This document shows positions 12,601 through 24,970 of a DNA stretch of 64,000 bases, piece after piece. The stretch comes from Hormiphora californensis. Lineage: Eukaryota; Animalia; Ctenophora. The notes below the pieces were generated by a model. That model saw nothing but the letters and a program-made list of their open reading frames with translations. It ran no database searches and was not told the DNA's origin. The position numbers and the translations under genes are program-made. The stretch covers positions 4,588,001 through 4,652,000 of the forward strand of contig CM035356.1 of the NCBI GenBank assembly GCA_020137815.1, in the 5' to 3' direction. Numbering within the stretch: position 1 is the stretch's first letter; each line of letters starts with the position of its first letter.

Positions 12601-15600
12601 TTTCATTTTTTGAAATAAAGAGGAAATCTTTGAATTTTTTGTTTAAACACAAGGATTGTTTCTATTCCAGAATTTAAAACAACGGCATGAGTACCTACTG
12701 TTTGCTATGCATCTCCCAAGACAGGCTACTACATACGCGGCACTACGTTTCAAATAGCCAGACCATGCGTTTCAAATAGTCAGACACTGTTTCACATTGG
12801 CAGGCGTTTCAAATAGCCAGTGGCTACCCTACGCTGTGAGCAAGCGGGCCGTTTTTGGGGGAATTTTTTTCGGGGGGTTGGATGGGGCCACCTTTGCGCT
12901 TGCCAGCGCAGTGACCAGTTAATTATTTAATTTACCGGTTAGCTCCAATAAGATTGAGACCACAACCACCTGCCTTGCTGCTTAACATAAACAGGAAATC
13001 CTTGCTGTCAGCATCGTTAAACCTATCAACTATCTTCATCCTCTTCTTGGCTGTCATTGAGCCATCCAACCTTACGTACTGGTACCTGGTGGATCATGGG
13101 CCGTTATGACGTCATGGGTTTATGACATAGTGTAGGAGGTTATGTGCATGAGTACCTAGAAATATCAGGACATATTTAGTTGATTGTACTGCGACAAGAC
13201 TACGAATACATCCCCCTTCCCCGTTCTCAAATTGAACCCTACCCTCTCATTCGTGCTAGGGTTTCAAACACATCCAGGGTCTGAGTGTAGTTTGATACCA
13301 GTACAAACTTATCGTCCGTCCGAGCCTTCGTAGACGCCAAGATACAATCTAGTACCGCCAGTTTTCCTGGGGAGGGCTTTTTGTAGTTTTACTAGCACGT
13401 GATGCCCATATAATATGGTGTTGAGTATCACGTGATGCCCATATATGGTGTTGAGTATCACGTGGTCACGTGCTGCTCACCTGACAGTGTTGGTTGGATG
13501 TGACGGTTGTTACAGTTACCCAGTAACTCTAATGCACCCTCCCAGCCTGGTGCTCTTTCCTCTGCTTTCTCTCTTATCAGGGCCGGGTCTGGGAAGCAGT
13601 TCGTTATATAACGGGGGGGGGGGGGGGTCTGGAGATCAGTTCATCACCCAGATATTTGCTATTTATTTGTTGTTCGTACTAGGAAAACCTTGTTATGTTC
13701 TAACCCTTCTTCACACAGTCTAGCTAGGCAAGGAAAACCTGCTAGGAAAACCTGCTAAACAACGTATTTGCTATCCTACGATAGTCACTTACAATTACAC
13801 AGCTTCTTAAGGTTTGTGATAGAAGAAAGAGCCCCCACTGCTACCTTCTTCTCCCCCTGATCTCCCGCTCTCATTGCAGCTCTTGTTGCTTTGGAGTTGG
13901 CAAATGATTGATAGATAGCAAGCTGCATGGGTGATGGGCGACAACACACAACCTGTTAGTATAATTGGTATTAGTGTTTTGGTAATCAAAGACTTTATAA
14001 AATTGACTACCTCTCTCCTACCCCTGAACGTCCTTTTTGAATGACCCCATTTCCCTACCTGTTCAATCTTGATGGGTAGATATTTCGAGAGAATTGCTGC
14101 TGTCCTCCGTATAATACACCTGATTAATAATAATAATAATGATTAGGAAACAAGAAATACACGGTTACCATTGTTACATGAATAGCAACCATTCAATAAG
14201 CTACAAATTATCATTTACCTATTTACAATGGCTAGCAGCTCCTTCAAGCACTCCTCCCCCTTTTCCTTGTCCTTATCACTAGCAAAGCTGTCCCGAGATC
14301 TGAGTATGGGATTCTCGAACCTCTTCCTAAACTCAGCTATAGTTCCCAACATGTCTTCATTGACAAAGTGCACCAGACTGTGGGAGGAGGGTTAGTTTTT
14401 ATAAAATCAAATTACAGTGGGGTGTCATTCCTCCTCTTAAATAGCATCAATATGAACGACCAATATGCACGATATGAACGACCAATTTAAAATTAACCGA
14501 GAATGTTATTACATCGAAGGACCAATGTTACTATGATACAGAGGGCAAAATGTAATTTGAAAAAGGTGGAGAAAGTTACCTGAAGTATTCCAGTAGATCG
14601 TTTTGGATTGGGGTACCAGAGAGGAGTACCCTTCTTTTGCAGTCCAGTTTGTTTAGAGCCTGATAGGTCTGGGAGTCACAATTCTTCAGTCGGTGGCCCT
14701 CGTCACATATTATCAGACCGATAGGACCTGATTAATTAGTTAACTAATGAGATGGCCCTCATCACAGATTATCAGACCGATAGGACCTAATTAATTAGTT
14801 AACTAATGGGATGGCCCTCGTCACAGATTATGAGACCGATAGGACCTAATTAAATAGTTAACTAATGAGAACCGATGGGCAATTAGCGAGAAACCAGGGA
14901 ACGGTAGCTGAAGGGGTTTTATAGAGGAAAAAAGGAATTTGAAGAAGAACTAAAGCCCCTCCTCCTGTCACCACCCGAAAACCAGAATGATGTTCATGAA
15001 CTAAACAACAGTGTTGTTGAAATATTCAGAAAACTAGCCTCTAGCACCTTGAAGATGAAGGGGAAGAAAAAGAACAAATTCCAATGGTACGACAGAGAAT
15101 GTGAGAAATCAAAAGAAGCTCTTGAGAAATGCTGCAAAAAGATATCTTCGAAATGTCAAGATAAAAAGATGAGCGAAGAATTTCACTGCCAAAAGCGAAC
15201 CTATCGCAAGCTTACCAGGAGAAAGAAAAACAGTTACAAGTGGAAACTGAACTCCAGAATATCTAACATGAACTCCCGCCAATTAAACTGGTCCGGAGTG
15301 AAGAAGCTCAAACATGAAACATCTGACGAGATTGACTTTGATGTTCTGGACCTACACAACTTCTACCTATTCTTCAAAAAGTTGTATTCCAGCAAGTGTG
15401 ACAAACCGATCTCCGATCATCCTGATCCCTCTGATCCTGAGTTTTACAACACGAGCACTAACCAGCAAGCAGTATTTCTTCTATGCCAACCAATCTCCAA
15501 AACAGAGCTGTCCGATGCCATATCGCGACTAAAAACGAACAAAAGCCCCTCGATAGATCTGATTACTAACGAGATGCTTCGCTCCACATCTAATGTTACT

Positions 15601-18326
15601 AAAGACGTCCTTGTCACGCTTTTCAACGGTTGTCTCACTCACGGGTGCTACCCATGGAACACTTCTATCACTACTGTGATCCACAAAAAAGGGGCGACAG
15701 ACAACCCGGACAACTTTAGGGCGATCACCTTGGGTAGTTGCATAGGCAAGCTCTATAGTAATATCCTACTGACCCGTATGGCAGACTTCAGAAAGTCCGT
15801 GTGCCCTGACACCGCCAATCAGCAAGGATTCGCTAAGGGTGCCCAGACCAGTGATCATGTCCTAACCCTTAAAACCATTCTGGACAAGTATCTACACATA
15901 AAGAAGCGAAGGGTCATCGCCTGCTTTATTGACTATCGTAAAGCATTCGATACGGTATGCAGATCGGCTCTCCTGAAAAAGCTGGGCTCAATGGGCATAT
16001 GTGGCAGCTTCTTCAACTGCATTTCCAACATGTACGAAAACTCATCCACTGCGATCAAACTCTCGGGAATGCTATCCGAATCGTTCTTTGTACGTATCGG
16101 TACGGAACAGGGGCACCCATTAAGCCCCGAGTTCTTTAAGATGTTCGTTGATGAGATGTCAAAGATGCTTAACAATACTAATGGATCCTTCCCTATGCTA
16201 GGCGGAGTCAACATCACCCATCTATTATGGGCCGACGATATTGTGTTATTGGCATTAGACAGAGTTACCATGCTGAATCTCATTAGTGTAGTCGGTGAAT
16301 ATGCGACCAAATGGGAGCTCGAAGTAAACACTAGCAAAACCAAGATCCTAGTGTTCAACTCATCGGGGAGGATCCTAAAGGAAGCTAAAGGCTACTATCT
16401 ACTCGGAAAAGAACTGGAAGCGGTGAAAGAATACACTTACCTGGGAATAACTTTCGTGGCCTCTGGTTCGTTGAAAACCGCCATGAAAAACCTATCACTG
16501 AAAGCCACAAGAGCTATTTCAATACTGAGGAGGACTGTTGACGTTAATGCCCTATCAGCCTGGACAGTTTTCAAGCTGTATGATGCTCTCATTGAGCCCA
16601 TTCTGACCTACGGCTCACCGGTATGGCTTCCATCACTGGAGGTGGCCAAAGCTCTGGACCAGTCAACTAGCTGTGATACTTTTTTCAAGCGTCTAACCTC
16701 TGATACATCTGAGAAAGTGCACCTGAGATTCATTAAGTGGGCGCTTGGTGTCCATAAAAAAGCCACTAATACTGCTTGCTACGGAGACTCGGGCAGAGCT
16801 CCTACATTTATATCTGCGATCAACCGTGGTCTTTCTTACTTTGACCGAGTAATGTCAAAAGAAGCAGATGGTTCAATCCTAGGCCTTGCCGGGGAAGAAC
16901 AGAGGTCTCTGAATCTAAATTGGTACTCCTTCTGGGAAAACATCCGCAACAATTTCACTAGAAATGACCTCGAGAGATTCATGATTAACCACTGGGATCA
17001 CTTGAGGCGGAACCAGTCTAAACTGAGCTATTACAACTCTGTGAAGTCAACGTACGGCTACGAGGAATATCTTAACCTGAGACGTGTAAACAGATGTGAA
17101 ATTAGCAAACTCCGGCTAAGTGCACACGACCTAAGGGTGGAGACTTCCAGATACTCAAACCACCAAACACCAAACTACTGTCGCTTCTGTTGTGATGGAC
17201 AAGCAAAACAGCTGCTCGATCAATTGCCACTTGCGGAACCACTCATCGAAAATGAACAGCATGTCCTAAATGAGTGCCCCACATACGAAGAAATGCGGCA
17301 AACTCTCCCAGACCACCTGCTCTCGGCCATCGCAAGCGGGGAAGCAGCAAACATTTACACCGAAAGGAATGGAAATGCCCTGAACAGGTTCCTCAAAGCG
17401 TCACATACATTACGAGTCAATTATATGGAACCATGAACACTTTTATATTTGCAGTAATCATATGTCAACTATTCCTGGTTAGGGCGTGTGTGGGTCTCGA
17501 TGCTCCCAGCGTCTGCCTGAGTAGAGACCAGTGGTGCTGCCGTGTGTGTGCCTCGTCGCAAATCAATCGGTTTCGCGGAGGGACAGGCAGGCGGGAGCAT
17601 TGCTGATCTGGCAGTCGCTGGGCCCATCTGTGTTTTTTTCCCCCTACTGTGCAGGATGGCACAGCCATGATGTTTTGGCTCTTTTCCTGTTGGTTTTATT
17701 CTATTCTATTCTATTCTATAGAACTGAGTAGTATGGTAATGGTAAATCAGGATGAAACCAAAACCAGAACTCGTTATTTAGGTCACGTGACTGGTTATCA
17801 GCCAATCAGGGACCAGTATTTCCTGATTCGATCAGGATGAAACCAAAACCAACCTTTTAACAGAGCGTTAACGTGAAGACGGAGTGTTTCATAGGACAGA
17901 ATTAGAACCGGATAAACCACTCTTCGACAGGTCACAAAGTCCTCTAAATCCTTGTCAATCTTTGCCTTGGTTCCAGAGTCAATAGCCAGAGGAGTTACTC
18001 TGCCTTTCAACCATTTAAAATACTCGTTGTACCAATTCTATAGACAGAGAGAGATATACACTGTGAAATGATGATGCAGATTTACAGATGAATTTAATTA
18101 TTGGGGGGGGGGGGGGGAGAGAAGGGGGTTTGAGTTTCCTGGACTCACCTTAACTAGTGAAGAAGGGCAGACAATAACAACACGAGATACAGTCGGCTTG
18201 CAGTCTTTCCCCTGTTTTAACAATGTCCACGACAAGGTGACACATTGTAACGTCTTACCCAATCCTGTAGTAGGGAAATAGAGATAGAGAGTGATAGAGA
18301 TGGAGGGAGAGAGAGGGAGATAGAGG

Positions 18327-18365
<39 letters not shown>

Positions 18366-19745
18366 CTTCTCTCTCTCTCATCTCTCTCTCTCTCTCTCTC
18401 CTATCTCTCTCTCTCTCTCTCTCTCTCTCTGCTCTACGACTCGATCGACCTCCACCCATCTCGTCATCCATGCTTGGCGAATCGATGCGCACACACACAC
18501 AGATTCTGAACAAAAAAAAATTGTCGGCGTAATACCACACTCATCTCCCAGTAAAACATCGAATACATAAATAAACCGTAATACATACCCCCTGTAGGAA
18601 AAAGTATGAAGTTGTCAAACTATATGCCAGATACTGTCTACCGCACTCTGCGAGAATTACTATCGGGTACTACTACTTACTCGGACTCGGGGTCACTCGG
18701 GCCCGGTCCGGAGAGGGTAGTGGTCAGTGGTCAACTTGGCATTATTTTCACCCAAACACACTGACCTCTGTTTACAGTCCCAGATGAGCAACCCAAACCT
18801 TGCCTTGTTCGACCCTCCAAGAGTGTGAACAACCCAAACCAAACACACTGACCTCTCTCTGGTGAGGTCTAAGGATATCCCCTAATACAGGATCCACGAC
18901 CACATGAACTTCCTCTTTAGCTTCCTCAGGTGGTGTATACATCACAAGGGCATTAGGGGCCTCAGGGTCATGTAGTGCCAACCGGACCCCACTCTTCTTG
19001 AGACCGAGAGATTTTCTGTAACCAGCTGAGGGGTAAGTGTTTGTAATGCAGCTCGAGAGGGCCTGGTTTGGAGAGGTCTTTCGTGTGATAAAAAGTGTTA
19101 CTTTGGGAAAATGTCTCAGAGCTTTTTCCCACGGTAGTATAAACGCGCGCCTATCCGATGCTGAAAAACGTAGTTTCAACTCAAAATATGCGCAGCGCGC
19201 GACTGCTAAAAACTGAGAAAAGTGTGCCACAACCGTGGACAACTAGCTGCTTCTCCATTTTATTATTTTCATCTACTTACTTGGAACATAATTAGGAATT
19301 GGAATTTGGAATGGCTTTGAGAGGAGATTCTTGATTAACGCTTCCTGAAATAAAAAACCATAATAAAACATAATAAAACATGAGCAAATCCATAAAACAA
19401 GAAAGAAACTCTTGATTTCTTACATGTGCAGATAACTCCATGCTATTGTTATTCTCCTTGTCCCCCTCCTCATCCTCTTCATCAGATAGATACCTTGGCC
19501 GCTTCTGGGTACTGCCAGTTGGAACTCTCTGGCTGGGTGCCAAGCTTCTCCGCTAAACAAGGGGAGAGTTACCATTGGTTACCATTGGTTACCATTGGTT
19601 ACCATTGGTTACCATTATTGGTATTGGAGTGAGTTGGGGGAAATCATGATTTGAGTTGGGTCCTACCTTGAGACAAAATATAGGGAAGTCCACCGCCACT
19701 AATACAATGATTAGTTGGTATTGATGTATTGTGGAATCTTACCAT
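6655..19745 (-). CDS. RAD54L: DNA repair and recombination protein RAD54 (SNF2 family), multi-exon
   Basis: ATG|GTAAG at 19745, then RRSLAPSQ (19552), LRPHQRE (~18860), [10 protein letters not shown]...VCPSSLVK (18148-18263), [11 protein letters not shown]...[14 protein letters not shown] (14580-14728), VRLDGSM...[19 protein letters not shown] (12936-13086), [27 protein letters not shown] (~9690-9790), VERHFS...[11 protein letters not shown] (9372-9508) and a final exon with QWHH...SAWD...FVCHQR (~6655-6850). Confidence 0.93.
7960..8165 (+). CDS. Possible fragment of a nested antisense gene inside a RAD54 intron, product unknown
   Basis: The ORF reads like globular protein ([17 protein letters not shown]), but the sequence is noisy and no full model can be built. 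Confidence 0.3.
8960..9372. repeat. 40-bp minisatellite (CCACCAAATGCCACCCAAAATATCCACCAAACCAAAAGGC) starting at a RAD54 donor site
   Basis: Near-perfect tandem copies at 9100-9360 that degenerate leftwards. They explain the overlapping low-complexity ORFs here. Confidence 0.9.
10745..12920 (+). mobile_element. Helentron/HINE-like non-autonomous element in a RAD54 intron
   Basis: 5' GCAAAGGTG...CACCTTTC inverted pair. The 3' end has CACCTTTGC followed by a GCGCTTGCCAGCGC stem-loop and CCAGTT. No coding capacity. Confidence 0.5.
11681..12831. mobile_element. Non-autonomous TIR DNA transposon nested in the previous element
   Basis: Perfect 26-bp terminal inverted repeats TAGGGTAGCCACTGGCTATTTGAAAC / GTTTCAAATAGCCAGTGGCTACCCTA, plus internal TTTCAAATAGCC subterminal repeats. 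Confidence 0.85.
14694..14868. repeat. 59-bp x3 repeat containing a RAD54 acceptor plus exon start
   Basis: Minus-strand unit ...AATYAG|GTCCTATCGGTCTGATAATATGTGACGAGGGCC ([10 protein letters not shown]) appears three times. Confidence 0.88.
14870..17720 (+). mobile_element. 5'-truncated non-LTR retrotransposon (RTEX-like), antisense in a RAD54 intron
   Basis: Long RT ORF with no endonuclease domain, a ~260-nt 3' UTR and a (TTCTA)n tail at ~17696-17720. Confidence 0.9.
15049..17436 (+). CDS. LINE ORF2 reverse transcriptase with C-terminal CCHC motif (795 aa open, N-terminally truncated)
   Basis: [63 protein letters not shown]...CRFC...HVLNEC. Confidence 0.95.
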   Translation: MKMKGKKKNKFQWYDRECEKSKEALEKCCKKISSKCQDKKMSEEFHCQKRTYRKLTRRKKNSYKWKLNSRISNMNSRQLNWSGVKKLKHETSDEIDFDVLDLHNFYLFFKKLYSSKCDKPISDHPDPSDPEFYNTSTNQQAVFLLCQPISKTELSDAISRLKTNKSPSIDLITNEMLRSTSNVTKDVLVTLFNGCLTHGCYPWNTSITTVIHKKGATDNPDNFRAITLGSCIGKLYSNILLTRMADFRKSVCPDTANQQGFAKGAQTSDHVLTLKTILDKYLHIKKRRVIACFIDYRKAFDTVCRSALLKKLGSMGICGSFFNCISNMYENSSTAIKLSGMLSESFFVRIGTEQGHPLSPEFFKMFVDEMSKMLNNTNGSFPMLGGVNITHLLWADDIVLLALDRVTMLNLISVVGEYATKWELEVNTSKTKILVFNSSGRILKEAKGYYLLGKELEAVKEYTYLGITFVASGSLKTAMKNLSLKATRAISILRRTVDVNALSAWTVFKLYDALIEPILTYGSPVWLPSLEVAKALDQSTSCDTFFKRLTSDTSEKVHLRFIKWALGVHKKATNTACYGDSGRAPTFISAINRGLSYFDRVMSKEADGSILGLAGEEQRSLNLNWYSFWENIRNNFTRNDLERFMINHWDHLRRNQSKLSYYNSVKSTYGYEEYLNLRRVNRCEISKLRLSAHDLRVETSRYSNHQTPNYCRFCCDGQAKQLLDQLPLAEPLIENEQHVLNECPTYEEMRQTLPDHLLSAIASGEAANIYTERNGNALNRFLKASHTLRVNYMEP
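17765..17835 (+). mobile_element. Partial copy of a short interspersed MITE
   Basis: AGAACTCGTTATTTAGGTCACGTGACTGGTTATCAGCCAATCAGGGACCAGTATTTCCTG, shared with 47229-47335 and 53650-53742. Confidence 0.85.
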
Positions 19746-19956
19746 TTGGACGGGAGTTAGGGGTGTCTAAGTTCCATAACATTACATTTTACCTAAACTG
19801 AAACAAATCTTAGTTGATTTAATTAGTTGATCTACTGATTCAGTCAATTAAGATAATGAAAACTAAGCCGTCTAAAACAAGGAGATACAAAATCGGCACA
19901 AAACACATATCAATCAATAAATTAGTTTCTGATTCTATACACAACACTCGGGTATA

Positions 19957-21463
19957 CTAAGGATCCTCAGGTTTAATTTTTCCTGTCATCATTCCATTAA
20001 TTGTGTTCCACCACGCAACAGTTCCTGATGTGCGGGGGGAGAGATAGCAATTGAGGGGGGGGGGGAGATAGCAATTGAGGGGGAGGGGAGAGATAGCAAT
20101 GGGGAGTGGAAGGGTGGGAGATAAAAATTGGAGGAGAAGACATAAACAAGGACAAACAAGAGGAAAAACAACAGTTTGTTTGGGATATAGTAACAACAAC
20201 ATGTATTTGACAGTGACATCACGTGACACATACCTAGAGATGACCCTCCATCCACAACTAGAGAGTGGCCAGTAACATACGGGGCTGTTAACATGAACAA
20301 AACTGAGTGAGCAACATCCTCAGGGGTCCCTAGCCTTCCCATAGGCACCTGTATGGGATTATAGTGGTTACAAAATAGTAGAGATCTGCCGATATTTAGA
20401 CATGTTTCACACGCCCCACGTCAGATAAGGACACAATTTGGGGTTTGAAGGTGAAACAAAGCACCCACCTGTTTTAAAGCGTCTCTGAACATTTTGGGTC
20501 CAAAGATACCATAGTTTTTTACAGCTGAGTCAGAGTGGATAATACCGGGGATAACATTATTTACTTGAACACCATACTCCGCTAAAAGATGGGAAGGGTT
20601 AAATCTGAAGGTCGACTTACTTCAGCGACATTGCATGGGGGAGGGGATCTCTTACCCCATTCCACGGCGAGTGTTTTGGAGAGTGCCTCCACTCCCGCTC
20701 TGGATGAGACGCTATGAGCAAAACCCGGCCACCCTCCCTCCAACTGCATTAGAATGTTGACAATAGACCCTCCATTCTCCTTCATGCAGGCTTTAAAAAC
20801 ACTCTGAGTGAGTTGAAACGTTCCCTTTAGATTCGTATTAATCACTGAAATAAAGAGGAATAGGAATTGAGAAGTGTGTTGAATTTGATTTATTAAAGGT
20901 AATATGAATGCTTCAAATAGTTTCCCTAAATAAAGATGTAATCCCTAAACATCCCTAATTATAATGGTTTCGTCTACAGTCCCTAACAAACATGATTCAT
21001 TATTTCCTAATATTTCCTACCTGCATCCCACCCATTAGAACTGATCATCTCAGCTGGCATAACAAACTGTCCTCCACCATTATTAACCAGATAATCAATA
21101 TTCCCCGCTGTAGTGATAGTCTTCTCTACAAAGTCATCAATCTCATCCTGTTTCCTGATATCACATCGGAACCCTATCACTTGACCTTCCCCGTCCTGTA
21201 ATGTTGGATATGTGTTTGAAACAAGAAAGGAGCATCACGTGCACCTCTCGATATAGATCACTTTGGAAAACTCCAAATTGTGTTGCCAATCATACCTGAT
21301 ACTTCTCATTCAGTTCTTTAGCAGCAGTTTCAGCCTTCTTCAGGTCCCGTCCTGCAATGGCCACAGTGCACCCCTTGGAAACCAGCAGTTCGGTGATACC
21401 CCGACCTATCCCCGTCCCACCCCCGGTAACCATGGCAACCCGACCAGATAAAGAGCTGATCAT
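19957..21463 (-). CDS. PECR: Peroxisomal trans-2-enoyl-CoA reductase-like SDR, 6 exons
   Basis: [20 protein letters not shown]...[10 protein letters not shown]...[49 protein letters not shown]...[12 protein letters not shown]; introns are GT-AG. Confidence 0.88.
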
Positions 21464-21651
21464 TATGATGCTACGCCGAGGTATCGAGATGTTACGTGTT
21501 ACATGGGGAGGTATAATAGCATTGGAGGCTTTGTGGATTGGAACACGATGATTCGGGAACAGACCAAACACAAATATTGTTGGAAGTTTGTTTCGGTTCT
21601 TTTAAAAAAGGAAAAAATAAATTAAACAGTGAACCATTATATTGTCTCTCT

Positions 21652-24600
21652 CTACGCCGCATTAAAAGCTGCTTTCTTGTCCTGTTCCAGATTCCGTATC
21701 TCCCTAACAACGAGAGATGCAGCTGCTACATCCGCAGACAGCCTGGCCCGGTCAATAGTATGCTGCCACTCTACCTCTCCCCACCTACAGAGAAGAAGTG
21801 AAAATATAGAGTTATAAGAAGAGGTCTAGGTTTATTTGAAGTTGGTAAATTGATAACAAATTGAATGATTACAAAGTGATATATATACCTATCAATCTGG
21901 TAGTCTGTCTCTAACATTGAAGCTGCAATGGCCTCCTCCGTATCAAGTCCACCATCCATAAGGGCAGTAGTAATGACAAGGGATTGGAGGGAGGCGGTGG
22001 CGTGTTGGTAGGCAGGCACTTCCCAGGGGTGCAGGGACGCTAGGTGTTTCCTTACCCGGTCTGAGGGTGTTTGTATCATAACGATAATAACGGTGATACG
22101 ATGAATTTTATTAGACTTTACCAAGACACTAAATCGATACCAGACTTACCCATGACTTACTAGTTACCTATGACTTACTACATAACTAGTTACCCATGAC
22201 TTACTAACTACTTACCTATGACCCACCGATGACTCACCTATGGTTTGCTGGGACTGCGGTGTCAGTGTAATATCGGTTGTTAACGCCAGGTGAACGTGGA
22301 AGGTGGTACTGAACCAATCCGTTATGGGGTCCCATCTGGAGATTATATTACAGTGTTACCAGGGGGGGGGGGGAGGGGAATGTGGTGCTGAACCAATCCG
22401 TTATGGGGTCCCATCTAGAGATTATATTACAGTGTTACCAAGGGGGGGAGGGGAGGGGAAGGTGGTACTGAACCAATCCGTTATGGGGTCCCATCTGGAG
22501 ATTATATTACAGTGTTACCAAGGGGGGGGGGAGGGGAAGGTGGTGCTGAACCAATCCGTTATGGGGTCCCATCTGGAGATTATATTACAGTGTTACCAAG
22601 GGGGGGAGGGGAGGGGAAGGTGGTGCTGAACCAATCCGTTATGGGGTCCCATCTGAAGATTATATTACAGTGTTACCAGGGGGGGGGGGGGAGGGGAAGG
22701 TGGTGCTGAACCAATCCGTTATGGGGTCCCATCTGGAGATTATATTACAGTGTTACCAAGGGGGGGGGAGGGGAAGGTGGTACTGAACCAATCCGTTATG
22801 GGGTCCCATCTAGAGATTATATTACAGTGTTACCAAGGGGGGGAGGGGAGGGGAAGGTGGTGCTGAACCAATCCGTTATGGGGTCCCATCTAGAGATTAT
22901 ATTACAGTGTTACCAAGGGGGGGGGGGGGAGGGGAAGGTGGTGCTGAACCAATCCGTTATGGGGTCCCATCTGGAGATTATATTACAGTGTTACCAAGGG
23001 GGGGGGAGGGGAAGGTGGTGCTGAACCAATCCGTTATGGGGTCCCATCTGGAGATTATATTACAGTGTTACCAAGGGGGGGGGGGAGGGGAAGGTGGTGC
23101 TGAACCAATCCGTTATGGGGTCCCATCTGGAGATTATATTACAGTGTTACCAAGGGGGGGAGGGGAGGGGAAGGTGGTGCTGAACCAATCCGTTATGGGG
23201 TCCCATCTGGAGATTATATTACAGTGTTACCAAGGGGGGAGGGGAAGGGGAATGTGGTGCTGAACCAATCCGTTATGGGGTCCCATCTGGAGATTATATT
23301 ACAGTGTTACCAAGGGGGGGGGAGGGGAAGGTGGTACTGAACCAATCCGTTATGGGGTCCCATCTGGAGATTATATTACAGTGTTACCAAGGGGGGGGGG
23401 GGAGGGGAAGGTGGTGCTGAACCAATCCGTTATGGGGTCCCATCTAGAGATTATATTACAGTGTTACCAAGGGGGGGAGGGGAAGGTGGTGCTGAACCAA
23501 TCCGTTATGGGGTCCCATCTGGAGATTATATTACAGTGTTACCAAGGGGGGGGGGGAGGGGAAGGTGGTACTGAACCAATCCGTTATGGGGTCCCATCTA
23601 GAGATTATATTACAGTGTTACCAAGGGGGGGGGGAGGGGAAGGTGGTGCTGAACCAATCCGTTATGGGGTCCCATCTAGAGATTATATTACAGTGTTACC
23701 AGGGGGGGGGGGGAGGGGGGAGGGGAATGTGGTGCTGAACCAATCCGTTATGGGGTCCCATCTGAAGATTATATTACAGTGTTACCAAGGGGGGGAGGGG
23801 GGAGGGGAATGTGGTGCTGAACCAATCCGTTATGGGGTCCCATCTGAAGATTATATTACAGTGTTACCAAGGGGGGGAGGGGAAGGTGGTGCTGAACCAA
23901 TCCGTTATGGGGTCCCATCTGAAGTGGGAAATGTTAAGGCAAGGAGGGTCCCATCTACAGAGATATCGTGGGAGATGGGGTAAACGTTTTACCTGCCTAC
24001 TCCAACTCTCACCTGCCTACTCCAACTCTCACCTGCCTACTCCAATTCTCACCTGCTCTTCTCTAGGGCAAACAATTGTTCCTCCTCGGGGGGCGCTCTG
24101 TAACACACTGTATCAGTTGTGAGGAACTCTAACATGTGCTCTACTTGCTCACTGTCAGGGATGGGCCGATCAGTCGCCTTGAAACACAACGTAGTCACCG
24201 GCATCATCTGAGGGAGAGGTTGGTTGGAAGATTTAAAGGAGAGAGAGGAAGGGGGTAGTTGAAAATACATAACATACCACTTCCAATAGCACCCCCACCA
24301 CATTTAAAGGATAGAGAGGGAGAGAGGGATATTATATGTAGTTCCACTTTCAATAGCGCCCCCCAACATTACCTCCTGAACCCCCCCCCCCCCACCAGAC
24401 ATTACCTCAAATATGATATTATCCTTCTGTGAGTCCCACTCTAGGGCCACTGCATTGGCCAGCCTCTCAGTTGGTATAATCAGTTTGTTCTTGAATGACG
24501 TCACTAGGTTATAGTGGTCTAACTGGACCTGAAACCCATCTCCAGCGGGGGCTATTGAGATGTCCTTGTAGAACCGCTTCCTGTCTTGTTTGAATGTGGC

Positions 24601-24684
24601 AAGGGAGCGGGTGAGGGTCGACCGGGTATTACCACCCGGAGTAAGGGATGTAGAGCGGAGGCGGAGTAGAGACCTTGCTAACAT
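21652..24684 (-). CDS. ATPAF2: ATP synthase mitochondrial F1 assembly factor 2 (Atp12), 5 exons
   Basis: Arg/Ser-rich presequence, KRFYKDISI, LANAVALEWDSQ, FLTTDTVCYRAP, WDPITDWF, ASMLETDYQIDRWGEVEWQH. Confidence 0.93.
22298..23921. repeat. ~78-80 bp x ~21 minisatellite; each unit is an ATPAF2 acceptor plus ~38 nt of exon 3
   Basis: Minus-strand unit ...ATCTCCAG|ATGGGACCCCATAACGGATTGGTTCAGCACCACCTTCC. Only the copy at 22335 continues into the rest of the exon. Confidence 0.95.
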
Positions 24685-24970
24685 TGCATACTACTATAGA
24701 TGTTATAGGGGTTGTAATAGTTTTAATAGTTGTAGGGGTTGTAATAATCTGGGGTCTGGGGAGTTTTAGAAAAACACGATTGGTTATGATAATCAATGAT
24801 TAGGTGTAGTAGCACAATCACAAATTTGGAAAATAAAAACATCACAACATCACTCCAGTGTTCGAATAAGAATTTATAAACCCGTCTTAAAAACAAACAT
24901 AAAATAACTCATTAACTTTTCAATAGTGGTAACCATGGTTAATGGTAACTGATCATGGTAATCATGGTAA

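Noticed and set aside
22303-24122. Plus-strand repeat ORFs (VVLNQSVMGSHLEII...)
   Set aside because: Antisense readings of the ATPAF2 intronic array.
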